Shown here in pieces: positions 48,018 through 57,593 of a DNA stretch of 64,000 nt. Numbering within the stretch: the stretch's first letter is position 1; the number at the start of each line of letters is the position of its first letter. Location of the stretch: assembly GCA_003134855.1 (NCBI GenBank), contig PLCS01000002.1:2658-66657 (forward strand), read 5' to 3'. This DNA comes from Acidobacteriaceae bacterium (GTDB taxonomy: Bacteria > Acidobacteriota > Terriglobia > Terriglobales > Acidobacteriaceae). The notes beneath the pieces were generated by a model. The model had not been told where the DNA came from. It saw only the letters and a list, made by a program, of their open reading frames with translations, and ran no database searches. Position numbers and translations under genes: made by a program.

Positions 48018-48854
48018 ATGAAATACTGCCGCTTTCTCTTCGAGGATCAAACTCACTACGGCGCTGTCGAAGATCGCGCCGGCGAGCCCTGGATCGTGGA
48101 CCTCGCCCGCGCTCCCGAAGAAGACCTGGCCTTTCGATTGGAAGATGGCCGCGTAACCTCCCATTCTCTCGAATCTGGGAGCTTCGACTTCGAGCCGATG
48201 CCCCTCAGCGCCGCCGAGCTGCTCCCGCCGGTTACGCCCGCAAAGATCATCTGCGTGGGCAGCAACTATCGCGCCCACGTAAAGGAGATGGGCCATGAAC
48301 TGCCCGCCGAGCCTCTGCTGTTTTTCAAGCCGGTCTCTGCGCTGCTCGGTCCCGGCGGGGTCGTCCGAATGCCCGCCGCCAGCTCACGCGTGGACTTTGA
48401 AGGCGAGCTGACGCTGGTGATCGGACGCCGCGTTCGCAATCTGAAAGAAGAAGACTGGCGCTCCGCCCTGCGCGGCTGTACGCTGGCCAACGACGTGACC
48501 GCCCGCGACCTGCAAAGCAAAGATGGCCAATGGACCCGCGCCAAGGGCTTCGACACCTTTTGCCCGATCGGCCCCATCGTCAGCGACGAGCTGGACCCCG
48601 CGGCCGGCCTGACCCTGGAAACCCGCGTCAACGGCGAACTGCGCCAGCACGCCTCGACCCTCGACTTCATCTTTCCCGTCCCCCGGCTGCTCGCCTATAT
48701 CAGCTCCATCTTCACCCTTGAACCCGGCGACCTGGTGCTGACCGGAACTCCTTCCGGAGTGGGTCCGCTTAAGGCTGGAGACTGCGTGGAAGTCAGCATC
48801 CCCGGCCTCGGTATGCTGGCCAACACCTTCCAGCCGGATCAACACTGCGTCTGA
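48018..48854 (+). CDS. Fumarylacetoacetate hydrolase family protein
   Basis: KIICVGSNY..H, LLFFKP, DFEGEL, NDVTARDLQ..DGQWTRAKGFDTFCP.GP, LTGTPSGVG. Confidence 0.93.
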   Translation: MKYCRFLFEDQTHYGAVEDRAGEPWIVDLARAPEEDLAFRLEDGRVTSHSLESGSFDFEPMPLSAAELLPPVTPAKIICVGSNYRAHVKEMGHELPAEPLLFFKPVSALLGPGGVVRMPAASSRVDFEGELTLVIGRRVRNLKEEDWRSALRGCTLANDVTARDLQSKDGQWTRAKGFDTFCPIGPIVSDELDPAAGLTLETRVNGELRQHASTLDFIFPVPRLLAYISSIFTLEPGDLVLTGTPSGVGPLKAGDCVEVSIPGLGMLANTFQPDQHCV

Positions 48855-49097
48855 GCCCTGACAAGTTGTTGTTTGGCTGGCGCATTGAGTGGGGGAGTAT
48901 TGCCGCAATTCGCAATAAAGCTCGCACTCTAACCAGCCATGCTCCCGCGCCAGCCGGCGGGAGATTGCGCAAAATCCATCTTTTGAGAATCTGCCGTGCA
49001 CGACGCGCGTGGTCCAAACTGCTCAGACCGCGATTATTTTGGCCGCTAAGCTGAATAACATCGAACTTGCAAATGTTGAATCCACGGAGGTGGGCCT

Positions 49098-49358
49098 GTG
49101 AATAAGGATCGAGTGAAGGGCATGATGGACGAAGTGGCGGGAAGCGCCAAGCGCAAAGCGGGCGAGCTGACCGACAATCCCAAACTTCGGGCTGAAGGCA
49201 TGGCTCAGCAGGTGAAGGGCAAGGCTGAGGGCACCTGGGGCATGGCGAAAGAGGCGGTGCGTGTTGTCATTGAGGGCACAGAAGTACACCTCGACGCTCA
49301 CGTGAAGCTCGGCTTAAAGAATTCAACGGCGGATGCCGACAGCAAAAAGTGCAAGTAG
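49098..49358 (+). CDS. CsbD-like protein
   Basis: MNKDRVKG..DEVAGSAK...GELTDN..L.AEG..QQVKG; GTG with GGAGG SD. Confidence 0.85.
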   Translation: MNKDRVKGMMDEVAGSAKRKAGELTDNPKLRAEGMAQQVKGKAEGTWGMAKEAVRVVIEGTEVHLDAHVKLGLKNSTADADSKKCK

Positions 49359-49397
49359 GAAGCGTTGCTTGAAAACGCACGCGAAAGAGGATGGACC

Positions 49398-50267
49398 ATG
49401 TACTCATTGATACGCGCTGGACGGATGCCGAGTCCCCGCCCGTTGGACAAAAGCTCGTCGCTGGGAACTCAGGTAGCGCTGCTGCTGTTGGTAGCGGTCA
49501 TGCTTGCGGGATGCCAATCGAAACTGAATCAGGCGCTGGATCAGGCCAAGAAGCAGGCGGCCGCAACCGGGCAGGCGCAACAGGTAGTTTCTGTAGACAA
49601 GAACGGGACCACAACAACGACAGTCGTGCAGCCGCCAGCAGCGGGACAGAGCAATGAAGTTATTACGACGACGGCGACACCGCCTGTGGCAGGGGCGCCC
49701 ATTCCAGCACTCTCGGCCCCGGCGGTTTCCGCAGTGCCGCAACCGGTCAGCGCGAATATTCCAGCGGGCACGACTCTGGCGATCCGGATCGATCAACGCA
49801 TCAGCGTAAAGACCAGCCGCACCGGAGATACATTCACCGGAGAAATAGTAGACCCCGTTCTCACCGGCGACAATCGTGTACTGGTGCCCAAGGGTGCATT
49901 GGTAGGCGGCGTGGTGGATGCATCCCATCGCCGTGGACATTTCAAAGGCAGTTCGCTATTGGAATTGAGGCTGACGTCGCTGACGATGGACGGGAAGCAA
50001 TATCCGCTGGAGACGCGGGATACGGCGCGCAGCAAAAAAGGCAAGGGCAGACGCTCGACAGCCATGATTGCCGGAGGTTCCGGATTGGGTATGCTGGTAG
50101 GTGGCCTGGCCACCGGCGGCACAGGGTTAGTGGTGGGCGGCCTGGTAGGTGGTGGCGCCGGCACTGCCGCCGCGGGACTAACTGGCAACCGGGATATCGA
50201 TATACCGGCGGAGTCTATTGTGCACTTCAAACTGGCGGACGACCTGATCGTCCAGACGACTGAGTAG
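49398..50267 (+). CDS. Hypothetical lipoprotein with a Pro/Ala linker, beta domain and glycine zipper
   Basis: Lipobox LAGC; IPAGTTLAIRIDQRIS; GGSGLGMLVGGLA.GG.GLVVGG. Start uncertain (49365-49425). Confidence 0.75.
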   Translation: MYSLIRAGRMPSPRPLDKSSSLGTQVALLLLVAVMLAGCQSKLNQALDQAKKQAAATGQAQQVVSVDKNGTTTTTVVQPPAAGQSNEVITTTATPPVAGAPIPALSAPAVSAVPQPVSANIPAGTTLAIRIDQRISVKTSRTGDTFTGEIVDPVLTGDNRVLVPKGALVGGVVDASHRRGHFKGSSLLELRLTSLTMDGKQYPLETRDTARSKKGKGRRSTAMIAGGSGLGMLVGGLATGGTGLVVGGLVGGGAGTAAAGLTGNRDIDIPAESIVHFKLADDLIVQTTE

Positions 50268-50276
50268 AAACCATTC

Positions 50277-51542
50277 GTGCCCTCCATTTCCCGATCCCAG
50301 TGGATACGATTGCTGTTGAAGTCGCTCGGCCCCGGCATCATTACCGGGGCCGCGGACGACGATCCCTCGGGCATTGCCACCTATTCCGTTGCCGGCGCGC
50401 AGTTCGGAACCAGTCTTCTATGGACCGCCTTTATCTCATGGCCTCTGATGGCCGCGGTGCAAATGATGTGCGCCCGCATCGGCAAGGTGACCGGGCAAGG
50501 CCTGGCCGGTAACTTCAAGCAGCGATTTCCAAAAGGTCTGCTGATGGCCTTTGTGATCGCCCTCCTGGCCGCAAACACGATCAACATAGGCGCGGATCTG
50601 GCCGGCATGGCGGATGCGGCCGCTATGCTGTCGGGAATCAATTCCCGCTGGTTCGTGGTTGTTTTCGCTCTCCTTATTTCGTGGGCAACGGTCCGGCTTC
50701 ATTACTACCAAATTGCGAACGTCCTCAAGTGGCTGGTCCTTGTGCTCTTCGCATACCCCATTACCGCGTTTGTTGTGGGAGCCGATTGGGGCCAGGTGCT
50801 GCGCGCCACATTCGTTCCGTCCATGCCGCACAGCAAAGATGAATGGGCGATGCTGGTTGCGATCCTCGGCACCACCATCAGTCCGTACTTGTTCTTCTGG
50901 CAGGCGAGTGAAGAAGTTGAAGAGGAGAAGTCGGCCGGCCAGAGCACGCTTGCTATGCGCAAAGGAGCTACACCCCAGGAGCTAGCTTTGAGAAACATCG
51001 ATGTGGGCGTCGGCGCATTCTTCTCGAACATGGTTATGTTCTTCATCATTCTCACCACGGCCATCACCCTCAACCGGCACCACATTACGCAGATCGAAAC
51101 CTCACGCCAGGCGGCCGAAGCCCTGCGGCCTTTTGCCGGTAATTTTGCCGCGACCCTTTTTACCCTGGGGATCGTCGGCGTAGGCTTTCTTGCCATCCCC
51201 ACGCTGGCGGGATCTGCTGCATACGCCTTTGCTGAGACCTTGGGCTGGCGTCAGGGACTAAACAAGAAACTGAGACAGGCGCGTTGGTTTTACGCTCTGA
51301 TTCTGGTTTCAACGGGTGTGGGCGTAGCGCTGGATTTCATCGGCATCAACCCGGTAAAGGCGCTCTACTGGACAGCAGTCATCAACGGATTGCTGGCGCC
51401 CTTCCTTCTGATCGCGATCCTGATCGTCGCCGCGGACAAGAAACTGATGCAGGGCCAACCGAGCTCCCGCCTGGGATGGATTGTCGTCGCGATCACCACA
51501 GTAGCCATGTTCGTGGCAGGCGTTGCGATGTTTGTTGTGTAG
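50277..51542 (+). CDS. NRAMP/MntH-related divalent metal transporter
   Basis: LGPGIITGAADDDPSGIATYSVAGA, GTTISPYLFFWQ; about 11 TM segments. Confidence 0.88.
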   Translation: MPSISRSQWIRLLLKSLGPGIITGAADDDPSGIATYSVAGAQFGTSLLWTAFISWPLMAAVQMMCARIGKVTGQGLAGNFKQRFPKGLLMAFVIALLAANTINIGADLAGMADAAAMLSGINSRWFVVVFALLISWATVRLHYYQIANVLKWLVLVLFAYPITAFVVGADWGQVLRATFVPSMPHSKDEWAMLVAILGTTISPYLFFWQASEEVEEEKSAGQSTLAMRKGATPQELALRNIDVGVGAFFSNMVMFFIILTTAITLNRHHITQIETSRQAAEALRPFAGNFAATLFTLGIVGVGFLAIPTLAGSAAYAFAETLGWRQGLNKKLRQARWFYALILVSTGVGVALDFIGINPVKALYWTAVINGLLAPFLLIAILIVAADKKLMQGQPSSRLGWIVVAITTVAMFVAGVAMFVV

Positions 51543-51707
51543 ACCATCGATCGCGCAACTCCCGCTCAGGGTGAGCGATAGTACACAGACTTGGGAATGC
51601 CCGCGTGTAAGCCTTGTCATGAGCGCAATGCTCCGCCTTTCAATCCCCGCAGCCCGAACCGGCCAGCACATCCGGGCAATCGAAGGATCTTCGGCAAGAG
51701 GAGTTCT

Positions 51708-52739
51708 ATGAAAACCATCCGGATTCTGTTAGTGTTTCTCGCAATTGCCATACCGGCCGTCGTCTTCGGGCAGATTGGCGTTTCCATCGCCATCGGGCCA
51801 CCCCCGTTGCCAGTCTACGAGCAGCCGATTTGCCCAGGAGACGGCTATCTCTGGACCCCTGGATACTGGGCCTATGATGACAGCATCTCTGATTACTACT
51901 GGGTGGACGGCGCGTGGGTAATGCCGCCGGAAGAAGGCCTCCTCTGGACACCGGGTTACTGGGGTTGGAGAGACGGCGGATTCTTCTTCAATGATGGCTA
52001 CTGGGGCCCTGAAGTCGGCTTCTATGGCGGAATTAACTACGGATTCGGTTACTTCGGCGAGGGATATGGAGGAGGCCGCTGGGATGGCGGACACTTCTTC
52101 TATAACCGCTCCGTGAACAACGTGGACATCGCGAGGAACCACAATGTCTACAACACAACGATCGAGAATCACAATGATAACCGCGTCAGTTTCAACGGCG
52201 GATCAGGCGGCATTGCGGTGCGCGTGTCCTCACAGCAGGAAGCAGTGGCCCGGCAGAGGCATCTTTCGCCGGTAGCTGCTCAAACCGAACATGCGCAGGC
52301 CGCGCGAGCCAACCCGGGATCGCGGTCAACTGTGAATCACGGCCAGCCGTCCACAGCAAAGGCAATGCCGATAGGTTACAACGATCATCAGGCGCCTGCG
52401 CCTCAGCAGGCAACCGCGTCCCGCGCCGTAGTTCATCCAAACGATCTTCCCCCGATCGCTCGCCCCGCGCCGGTCAACTCGGGAAATGCGAAGGCTGACC
52501 AAAAGTACGAACAGCAGCAGAGCAAAATGATAGCCAAGCAGACCCAGGAGCGGCAGCAGCTTCAGCAAAAACAGGAATCGGAACGTCGCCCGAACGCAAC
52601 CCCTGTCCAGACGCAGCAGTTAGAGCAGAGGCATTCTCAACAGACTCAACAGATGGCGCAGAAACACCAAGGCCAGCAACAGTCGATGCAATCTCGCCAG
52701 CCTCAGCCCCGGCCATCCGCGGGAGGGAGCCGCAAATAG
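51708..52739 (+). CDS. Exported YXWGXW-repeat protein with a Gln-rich tail
   Basis: Signal peptide; PPPLPVYEQP.CPG.GYLWTPGYWAY, YYWVDGAWV, LLWTPGYWGW; Q-rich C-terminus. Confidence 0.85.
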   Translation: MKTIRILLVFLAIAIPAVVFGQIGVSIAIGPPPLPVYEQPICPGDGYLWTPGYWAYDDSISDYYWVDGAWVMPPEEGLLWTPGYWGWRDGGFFFNDGYWGPEVGFYGGINYGFGYFGEGYGGGRWDGGHFFYNRSVNNVDIARNHNVYNTTIENHNDNRVSFNGGSGGIAVRVSSQQEAVARQRHLSPVAAQTEHAQAARANPGSRSTVNHGQPSTAKAMPIGYNDHQAPAPQQATASRAVVHPNDLPPIARPAPVNSGNAKADQKYEQQQSKMIAKQTQERQQLQQKQESERRPNATPVQTQQLEQRHSQQTQQMAQKHQGQQQSMQSRQPQPRPSAGGSRK

Positions 52740-52786
52740 CGGGATCCTTTTCATGCAGTCACTGATTATTTGATAGATTTGTTACC

Positions 52787-52809
52787 GGCCGGGGATTACC
52801 TCCCCGGCC
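52787..52809 (+). terminator. Intrinsic terminator
   Basis: GGCCGGGGA-TTACC-TCCCCGGCC followed by ACTTTATTGTT. Confidence 0.7.
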
Positions 52810-52897
52810 ACTTTATTGTTGTGTTATGCGTTATGACAATACCAAACAGATTTCGCGAAATTTATGGGAGATAGTATAAGATTCATTTCAGACACTA

Positions 52898-53593
52898 TCA
52901 TTTGGCACAGGCATATCTATTAGGTCGCGCCAGTTTCTGCGCGGCATCGATCTTGCGCAGCCCGCGTATCTTCCATATCCCGAAGCATGCGCCTACGATC
53001 AGCAGACCCACGAACCCGCACAGCAGAGGAGTCGACCACTTCTGGAGGCTCCCGGACCACAAGCGTACTATGTTGCGTCCGTAGGTCACGCCGAGCCATG
53101 CAATGAAAGAATAACGCAGACTGCGAGCCGTGCCGAATACGGCCAGGAAGCGCCTGCGCGACACTCCGAGCGCTCCGGATGCGAGCGCAAACGGCAAAAG
53201 TGGAATCGGCGGAGGAAGCAAGGCGGGAAGAAAGACCGCCAGGATTCGGTGACGCTCGACCCATCCGACGATAGGCGCAAGGAGGCGAGCCGGCACGTAG
53301 TGGCGCAGCGCTTCTTCGCCGCCTCTGCGGCCAATATGCCATGTCGTATATCCGCCCAGGATGCTGCCGGCAACTGCGCAAGAAGCCAGCAGCCAGGGAT
53401 CGCCGCCATGCGCTACAAGCCACAGAAGAAGTAAGTCGGTGCTACCGGGCAATGGCAGAGGGACAACCGAGGAATCAACCACCGCAACAAAGAAAAGACC
53501 CAGCGCTCCCAGGTGCGTAAGCCAGTACGGCGCCAGCGACGACTGCGCGTGCGCCGCTGGTATCTGAGCCGGTTGCTGGACAAAAGCACTCAT
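52898..53593 (-). CDS. DedA/VTT (SNARE-associated) membrane protein
   Basis: AVVDSSVVPLPLPGSTD, AGSILGGY..W.IGR.GG, LLPPPIPLLPF, RSLRY. Confidence 0.85.
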   Translation of the reverse strand: MSAFVQQPAQIPAAHAQSSLAPYWLTHLGALGLFFVAVVDSSVVPLPLPGSTDLLLLWLVAHGGDPWLLASCAVAGSILGGYTTWHIGRRGGEEALRHYVPARLLAPIVGWVERHRILAVFLPALLPPPIPLLPFALASGALGVSRRRFLAVFGTARSLRYSFIAWLGVTYGRNIVRLWSGSLQKWSTPLLCGFVGLLIVGACFGIWKIRGLRKIDAAQKLARPNRYACAK

Positions 53594-53658
53594 ACTGAAT
53601 TCCACCTGCGCTTGCATTTGAATGCTACAGTTTCGGAATCACTGGGACAGCCGAGAAC

Positions 53659-53877
53659 TTATCCAGCATTCGCGCCGTGCAAAGTAATCCAGTAGTACCG
53701 TCGCCAGCAAAACATGCAGCGAACCGGGCGCAATGCGAACATCGCCAGCAGTCCATCGAAAGACCGCAACTCCGCCTGTTTGAATTTCACAGAATTGCAG
53801 CGCGGGCACACTCGCCGAATCCACAGCGGATGCGGGAGCCAATCGGGCCAGTTCCGGCCTGAGTCACTCATGAGCAT
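53659..53877 (-). CDS. Small putative zinc-ribbon protein
   Basis: CPRC...CMFC, GAAAGG SD; 72 aa. Confidence 0.6.
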   Translation of the reverse strand: MLMSDSGRNWPDWLPHPLWIRRVCPRCNSVKFKQAELRSFDGLLAMFALRPVRCMFCWRRYYWITLHGANAG

Positions 53878-53905
53878 ATCCTTTCCATACTTATCGCCGC
53901 ATTTG

Positions 53906-54934
53906 CTAGAATGTCCGGCTCTCTGCTTGACTTCTATTCGAGTCCAGCCAGGAGAGAAGACCTCGGATGCTGCCCGTGGCCAGTGCGATGCAGGAATCGG
54001 CTGCACCGTAATACAAGTTGATCGTGTCTCCGTCAACTCCGATGGTTTGTCCGCAAGGGAAGACGACATCGTTCACATCGCCGTTCCGTTCATAGGGAGC
54101 CTCTGGCCCGAATATCCATGAATTTCCCCGTCGCAGGCAAACCTCCGGCTTCTCCAAATCAAAGAGCGCGAGGCCAAGCCGATAAATGCTTCCCGATGCG
54201 GTTTGCCGCACGCCGTGGTAAATCATCAGCCAGCCTTCGGCGGTTTCAATCGGAGGAGAGCAAAGGCCGATTTTGTTTGCGTCCCACCATCCGCCACGCC
54301 GCGCTTCGAGAATAATCTTGTGGCTTCCCCAATGCCGCAGGTCGGGTGAATAGGAGATCCACATATGAGCGCCCAGAGCCGTCATCGGGCGATGAATGAG
54401 AGCCCAGCGGCTACCGATCCTTCGAGGCAGCAATGCCGCATCTTTATCCTCCGGTGACATGATTACGCCGAAGCGCTCAAAGCTGCGGAAATCCTTGGTC
54501 AACGCGAGCGAGACTCCAGGACCTCCTCGCGCAAAGGATGTGTACGCTACAGCGTATTGCTCTAGTTCCGGAACATAGGTAATGCGCGGATCCTCGATGC
54601 CCCAGATCTCTTCCGGGAACTCCTTTGGATTCGCCATCAAAGTTGGCCGGGAGTCGATGCGCCATTTGTCGATGCCGTTGGCGGAACGCGCAGCGCACAG
54701 ATGCGATAATCCGCTTCTGTCTTCAACGCGGCACAAAAGCAGGGTATCTCCATCAGGCAACTTTACCGCGCCTGCGTTCAGAACGCTATTGATGGGATAG
54801 GGCCAGTTATCACGGCTAAGGAGTGGGTTGCCGGGATGGCGCGTGAATAGTGGACGATCCGTGCATGCTCCTGGCTCTTGTTGTTTCAGAACAACGGCCT
54901 CTGCCGCTACGCCTGTAGAATTGAGTGGATTCAA
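53906..54934 (-). CDS. GH130-family glycosidase/phosphorylase
   Basis: NSVLNAGA, LLCRVEDRSGLSHL, WGIEDPRIT, EDKDAAL, LIHRP, KIG...PP, WLMIYHG, VVFPCG, YYGAAD; TTGA overlap with the GT4 gene. Confidence 0.9.
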   Translation of the reverse strand: MNPLNSTGVAAEAVVLKQQEPGACTDRPLFTRHPGNPLLSRDNWPYPINSVLNAGAVKLPDGDTLLLCRVEDRSGLSHLCAARSANGIDKWRIDSRPTLMANPKEFPEEIWGIEDPRITYVPELEQYAVAYTSFARGGPGVSLALTKDFRSFERFGVIMSPEDKDAALLPRRIGSRWALIHRPMTALGAHMWISYSPDLRHWGSHKIILEARRGGWWDANKIGLCSPPIETAEGWLMIYHGVRQTASGSIYRLGLALFDLEKPEVCLRRGNSWIFGPEAPYERNGDVNDVVFPCGQTIGVDGDTINLYYGAADSCIALATGSIRGLLSWLDSNRSQAESRTF

Positions 54935-57312
54935 AGAGAGATACCCATTTCATGATGCAGTTCGTCAACGCTTGCCACTTTGGCCGCTTGCATTTCCAGC
55001 AGCGCCATGAGGAACGAGAGCGTGGATTCAGCGCCTTGGTTCTCGTTTACCCGGTCAGGATGCAGGCCATCCCTGCATCCGCCTGTCTCTGCATCATACA
55101 GAGGAACCTGCAGATCGTTTTTCCCGAGAAACCAACTGAATGCTTTGCGCGCCTCTTCAAGCCATTGGCGCTCCTCCGTCAGCCTGTACACCTCTAAACA
55201 GGCTGAGACGGTTGCGCATGCCTCGACTGGCTGCTGGTCGAAGCGCGCCTTTTCACATCCTTCAATGAAGAATCCATTGGATCCTATCGGAACGAATACA
55301 TTCTCATCGTCGCGGTGTTGTTCTGCAACAAGCCACTTCAGGGAATCCATTCCAGCTTCAATCATCCTATGGTTGTCACTTCGCCAGCCTGCTAAAATGA
55401 GCGCCTGCGAGAGCCTTGCATTCGAATAGGAGAGGCTCTTTTCAAACCATTTCCACGTTTCGGAATGACAGCGCTCATAGATGTCAAAGAGTCGATTCGC
55501 AAGCTCGTTGCGGGCTCCCTGAATGGCTCTGTCTCCAGGAAACCAGTCCAGATATGCTTGCATACCCAGGATGCAATACGCCCAGGCACGCGGACTGGTA
55601 AATGTAAGTGCCGCGGGAACAGCCGCTTCGAAAAGCCTGCCTGCGGCGCCTCTCAATCCAGCATTTCGCGAAACCCCGAGAACCTTCCCAAGAGACCACA
55701 ACGCGCGCCCATGGCTATCGTCCGAGCCGATATTCTCAAGCCATTTTCTGTCATAGTCGAGAAAGTTTCTGAATCTTCCAGAATCGGCATGAAAGGCAAG
55801 CCAAAGAAAGGAAAGGTAGCGATGAGAGAGGTTTGGGCGTACTCGTCGATCTGAATATTCTTGGTTTTCATCCAGTAAAACCGAAACGATCAGCGCCCGC
55901 GCGTTATCGTCCGTAGTATAGCCCTCGCGCGTGTTTGGCACCGAGAAGATGGCGTGCTGCAGCATTCCTGTGTCGTCGGTCATGTTAAACAGATGGCCGG
56001 TGTTCAACAAAGGCAGATGGTCAATCGGATCCATCGCGGGATCGTCCATTTGGGCGGCTCTTGGATGCAGCGAGCGCTCGAAGCGTGCCCGCTGAAAGCT
56101 AGCCATATAGGCCCGTGCGGTCTTCTCCCATGTGGTGCCGCGGGAGTAAAGATAGGCGCGCTTGCGCATAGCATGGCGCTCCGCATCGTTCTCCAGCAAT
56201 GCGAGAACCGCTTCAGCAATAGCACTGGGATTCTGAAATGGAACAATTACGCCCCGCTTCTCCGCAAGCAACTCCTTGGCGTGCCAATACGGCGTCGAAA
56301 CAATCGCCTTTCCGGCTCCAAGCGCAATCGCAAGCGTGCCGGAGACGACCTGCGCCTCATGTCGATACGGTGTGATGTAGATATCGGCTGCGCCCACGTG
56401 CTCAACAAGTTCTTCCGCGCTCACAAAGCGATTGTTGAGAATCAAGTGATCCGAAACGCCAAGCTGTTCAGCCAGCGCTTGCAGTTCTTCACGGTAACGC
56501 TCGCCTTCGCGCCGGCGAAGTCGCGGATGGGTCACTCCGGAGACGATATACACTACGTTTGGCTGCCTCGCGAGAATCGCAGGCAGTGCCTGAATCACGT
56601 TCTCAATTCCCTTGTTCGGAGACAGCAACCCAAACGTAAGAAGGACGGATTTACCTTCCGTGCCGAACTTGTCTTTGAAGTAGTTGGGATCCATGAAGGG
56701 AAGATCCGGCACGCCGTGCGGAATTACGTCGATCTTTTCGCCAGGAACCGCATACACATCACGCAGCAGTTGGGCCGCTAGTTCGCTCATGACAACCATA
56801 CGATCTGAAAGTTGTGCAATCTCTTCGAGCACAATCCTTTGATTCAGGTCAGGGTCGCGAAGAACCGTATGCAGCGTAGTGACGAGCGGCATCTTCAATT
56901 TGCGCAGCAATGTGAGTATGTGGTTGCCCGCGTCTCCGCCGTAGATCCCATATTCATGCTGCAGGCAGACAAGATCGTTGCCGTTGAAATTAAGGAAATC
57001 GGCGGCGCGCTCATAGGAAACAACATCTTCCTGTGTAATCTCCAAACGAACCTGCTTTGGATAGTCGTAACTCGAATCGGGATCATTGACAGGAATCGCG
57101 AACAGCCGCTCTTCTCCATACTCGGCGGCAAGCGCAGCGCACAGGTCTGTTGTAAAGGTGGCTATGCCGCACTCGCGCGGAAGATAGTTTCCAATAAACG
57201 CAATGCGGGTTGGCAAAGGCAGCCGGCTCGCATTGATCGCGTGAAGCGAAGTTATCTCAGGGGCAGTGTCCGCGGCTGTATGATCGTACTGCAGTTTCTT
57301 GGAAAGTGACAT
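54931..57312 (-). CDS. GT4 glycosyltransferase fused to a C-terminal helical (glycosidase-like) domain
   Basis: GNYLPRECGIATFT, LQHEYGIYGG, FGLLSPNKGIE, TPY..EAQVVSGTL, STPYWHAKELL; C-terminal MTDDTGMLQHA..YTTDDNAR, DSHGR, FDQQP, NQGAES. Start at ATG 57312. Confidence 0.9.
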   Translation of the reverse strand: MSLSKKLQYDHTAADTAPEITSLHAINASRLPLPTRIAFIGNYLPRECGIATFTTDLCAALAAEYGEERLFAIPVNDPDSSYDYPKQVRLEITQEDVVSYERAADFLNFNGNDLVCLQHEYGIYGGDAGNHILTLLRKLKMPLVTTLHTVLRDPDLNQRIVLEEIAQLSDRMVVMSELAAQLLRDVYAVPGEKIDVIPHGVPDLPFMDPNYFKDKFGTEGKSVLLTFGLLSPNKGIENVIQALPAILARQPNVVYIVSGVTHPRLRRREGERYREELQALAEQLGVSDHLILNNRFVSAEELVEHVGAADIYITPYRHEAQVVSGTLAIALGAGKAIVSTPYWHAKELLAEKRGVIVPFQNPSAIAEAVLALLENDAERHAMRKRAYLYSRGTTWEKTARAYMASFQRARFERSLHPRAAQMDDPAMDPIDHLPLLNTGHLFNMTDDTGMLQHAIFSVPNTREGYTTDDNARALIVSVLLDENQEYSDRRVRPNLSHRYLSFLWLAFHADSGRFRNFLDYDRKWLENIGSDDSHGRALWSLGKVLGVSRNAGLRGAAGRLFEAAVPAALTFTSPRAWAYCILGMQAYLDWFPGDRAIQGARNELANRLFDIYERCHSETWKWFEKSLSYSNARLSQALILAGWRSDNHRMIEAGMDSLKWLVAEQHRDDENVFVPIGSNGFFIEGCEKARFDQQPVEACATVSACLEVYRLTEERQWLEEARKAFSWFLGKNDLQVPLYDAETGGCRDGLHPDRVNENQGAESTLSFLMALLEMQAAKVASVDELHHEMGISL

Positions 57313-57329
57313 CTTGTCCTCTTTCAGGT

Positions 57330-57485
57330 TCAAATCAGGCCGAGAATCAGAAGTATGACAATAATCAGAAGGACCAGTCCAACTCCTCCGCTCGGGTAAT
57401 ATCCCCAACTCCTGCTATGCGGCCACCGTGGCAAGGCGCCCACCAGCGCCAAGACCAGAATCACGATCAATATGGTTCCAAGCAT
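57330..57485 (-). CDS. DUF3309-family 51-aa membrane protein
   Basis: Hand translation MLGTILIVILVLALVGALPRWPHSRSWGYYPSGGVGLVLLIIVILLILGLI; GAGGAG SD. Confidence 0.88.
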   Translation of the reverse strand: MLGTILIVILVLALVGALPRWPHSRSWGYYPSGGVGLVLLIIVILLILGLI

Positions 57486-57593
57486 TTTCACTCCTCGCTG
57501 ACTTGCCCGCAGGATGCATCGCGGCAGATGCGCCGCGGTCTCTCTTCGAGACCGCAGTGGTTACATAACATTGTTAGCGCAAGCTTCCCGTCC

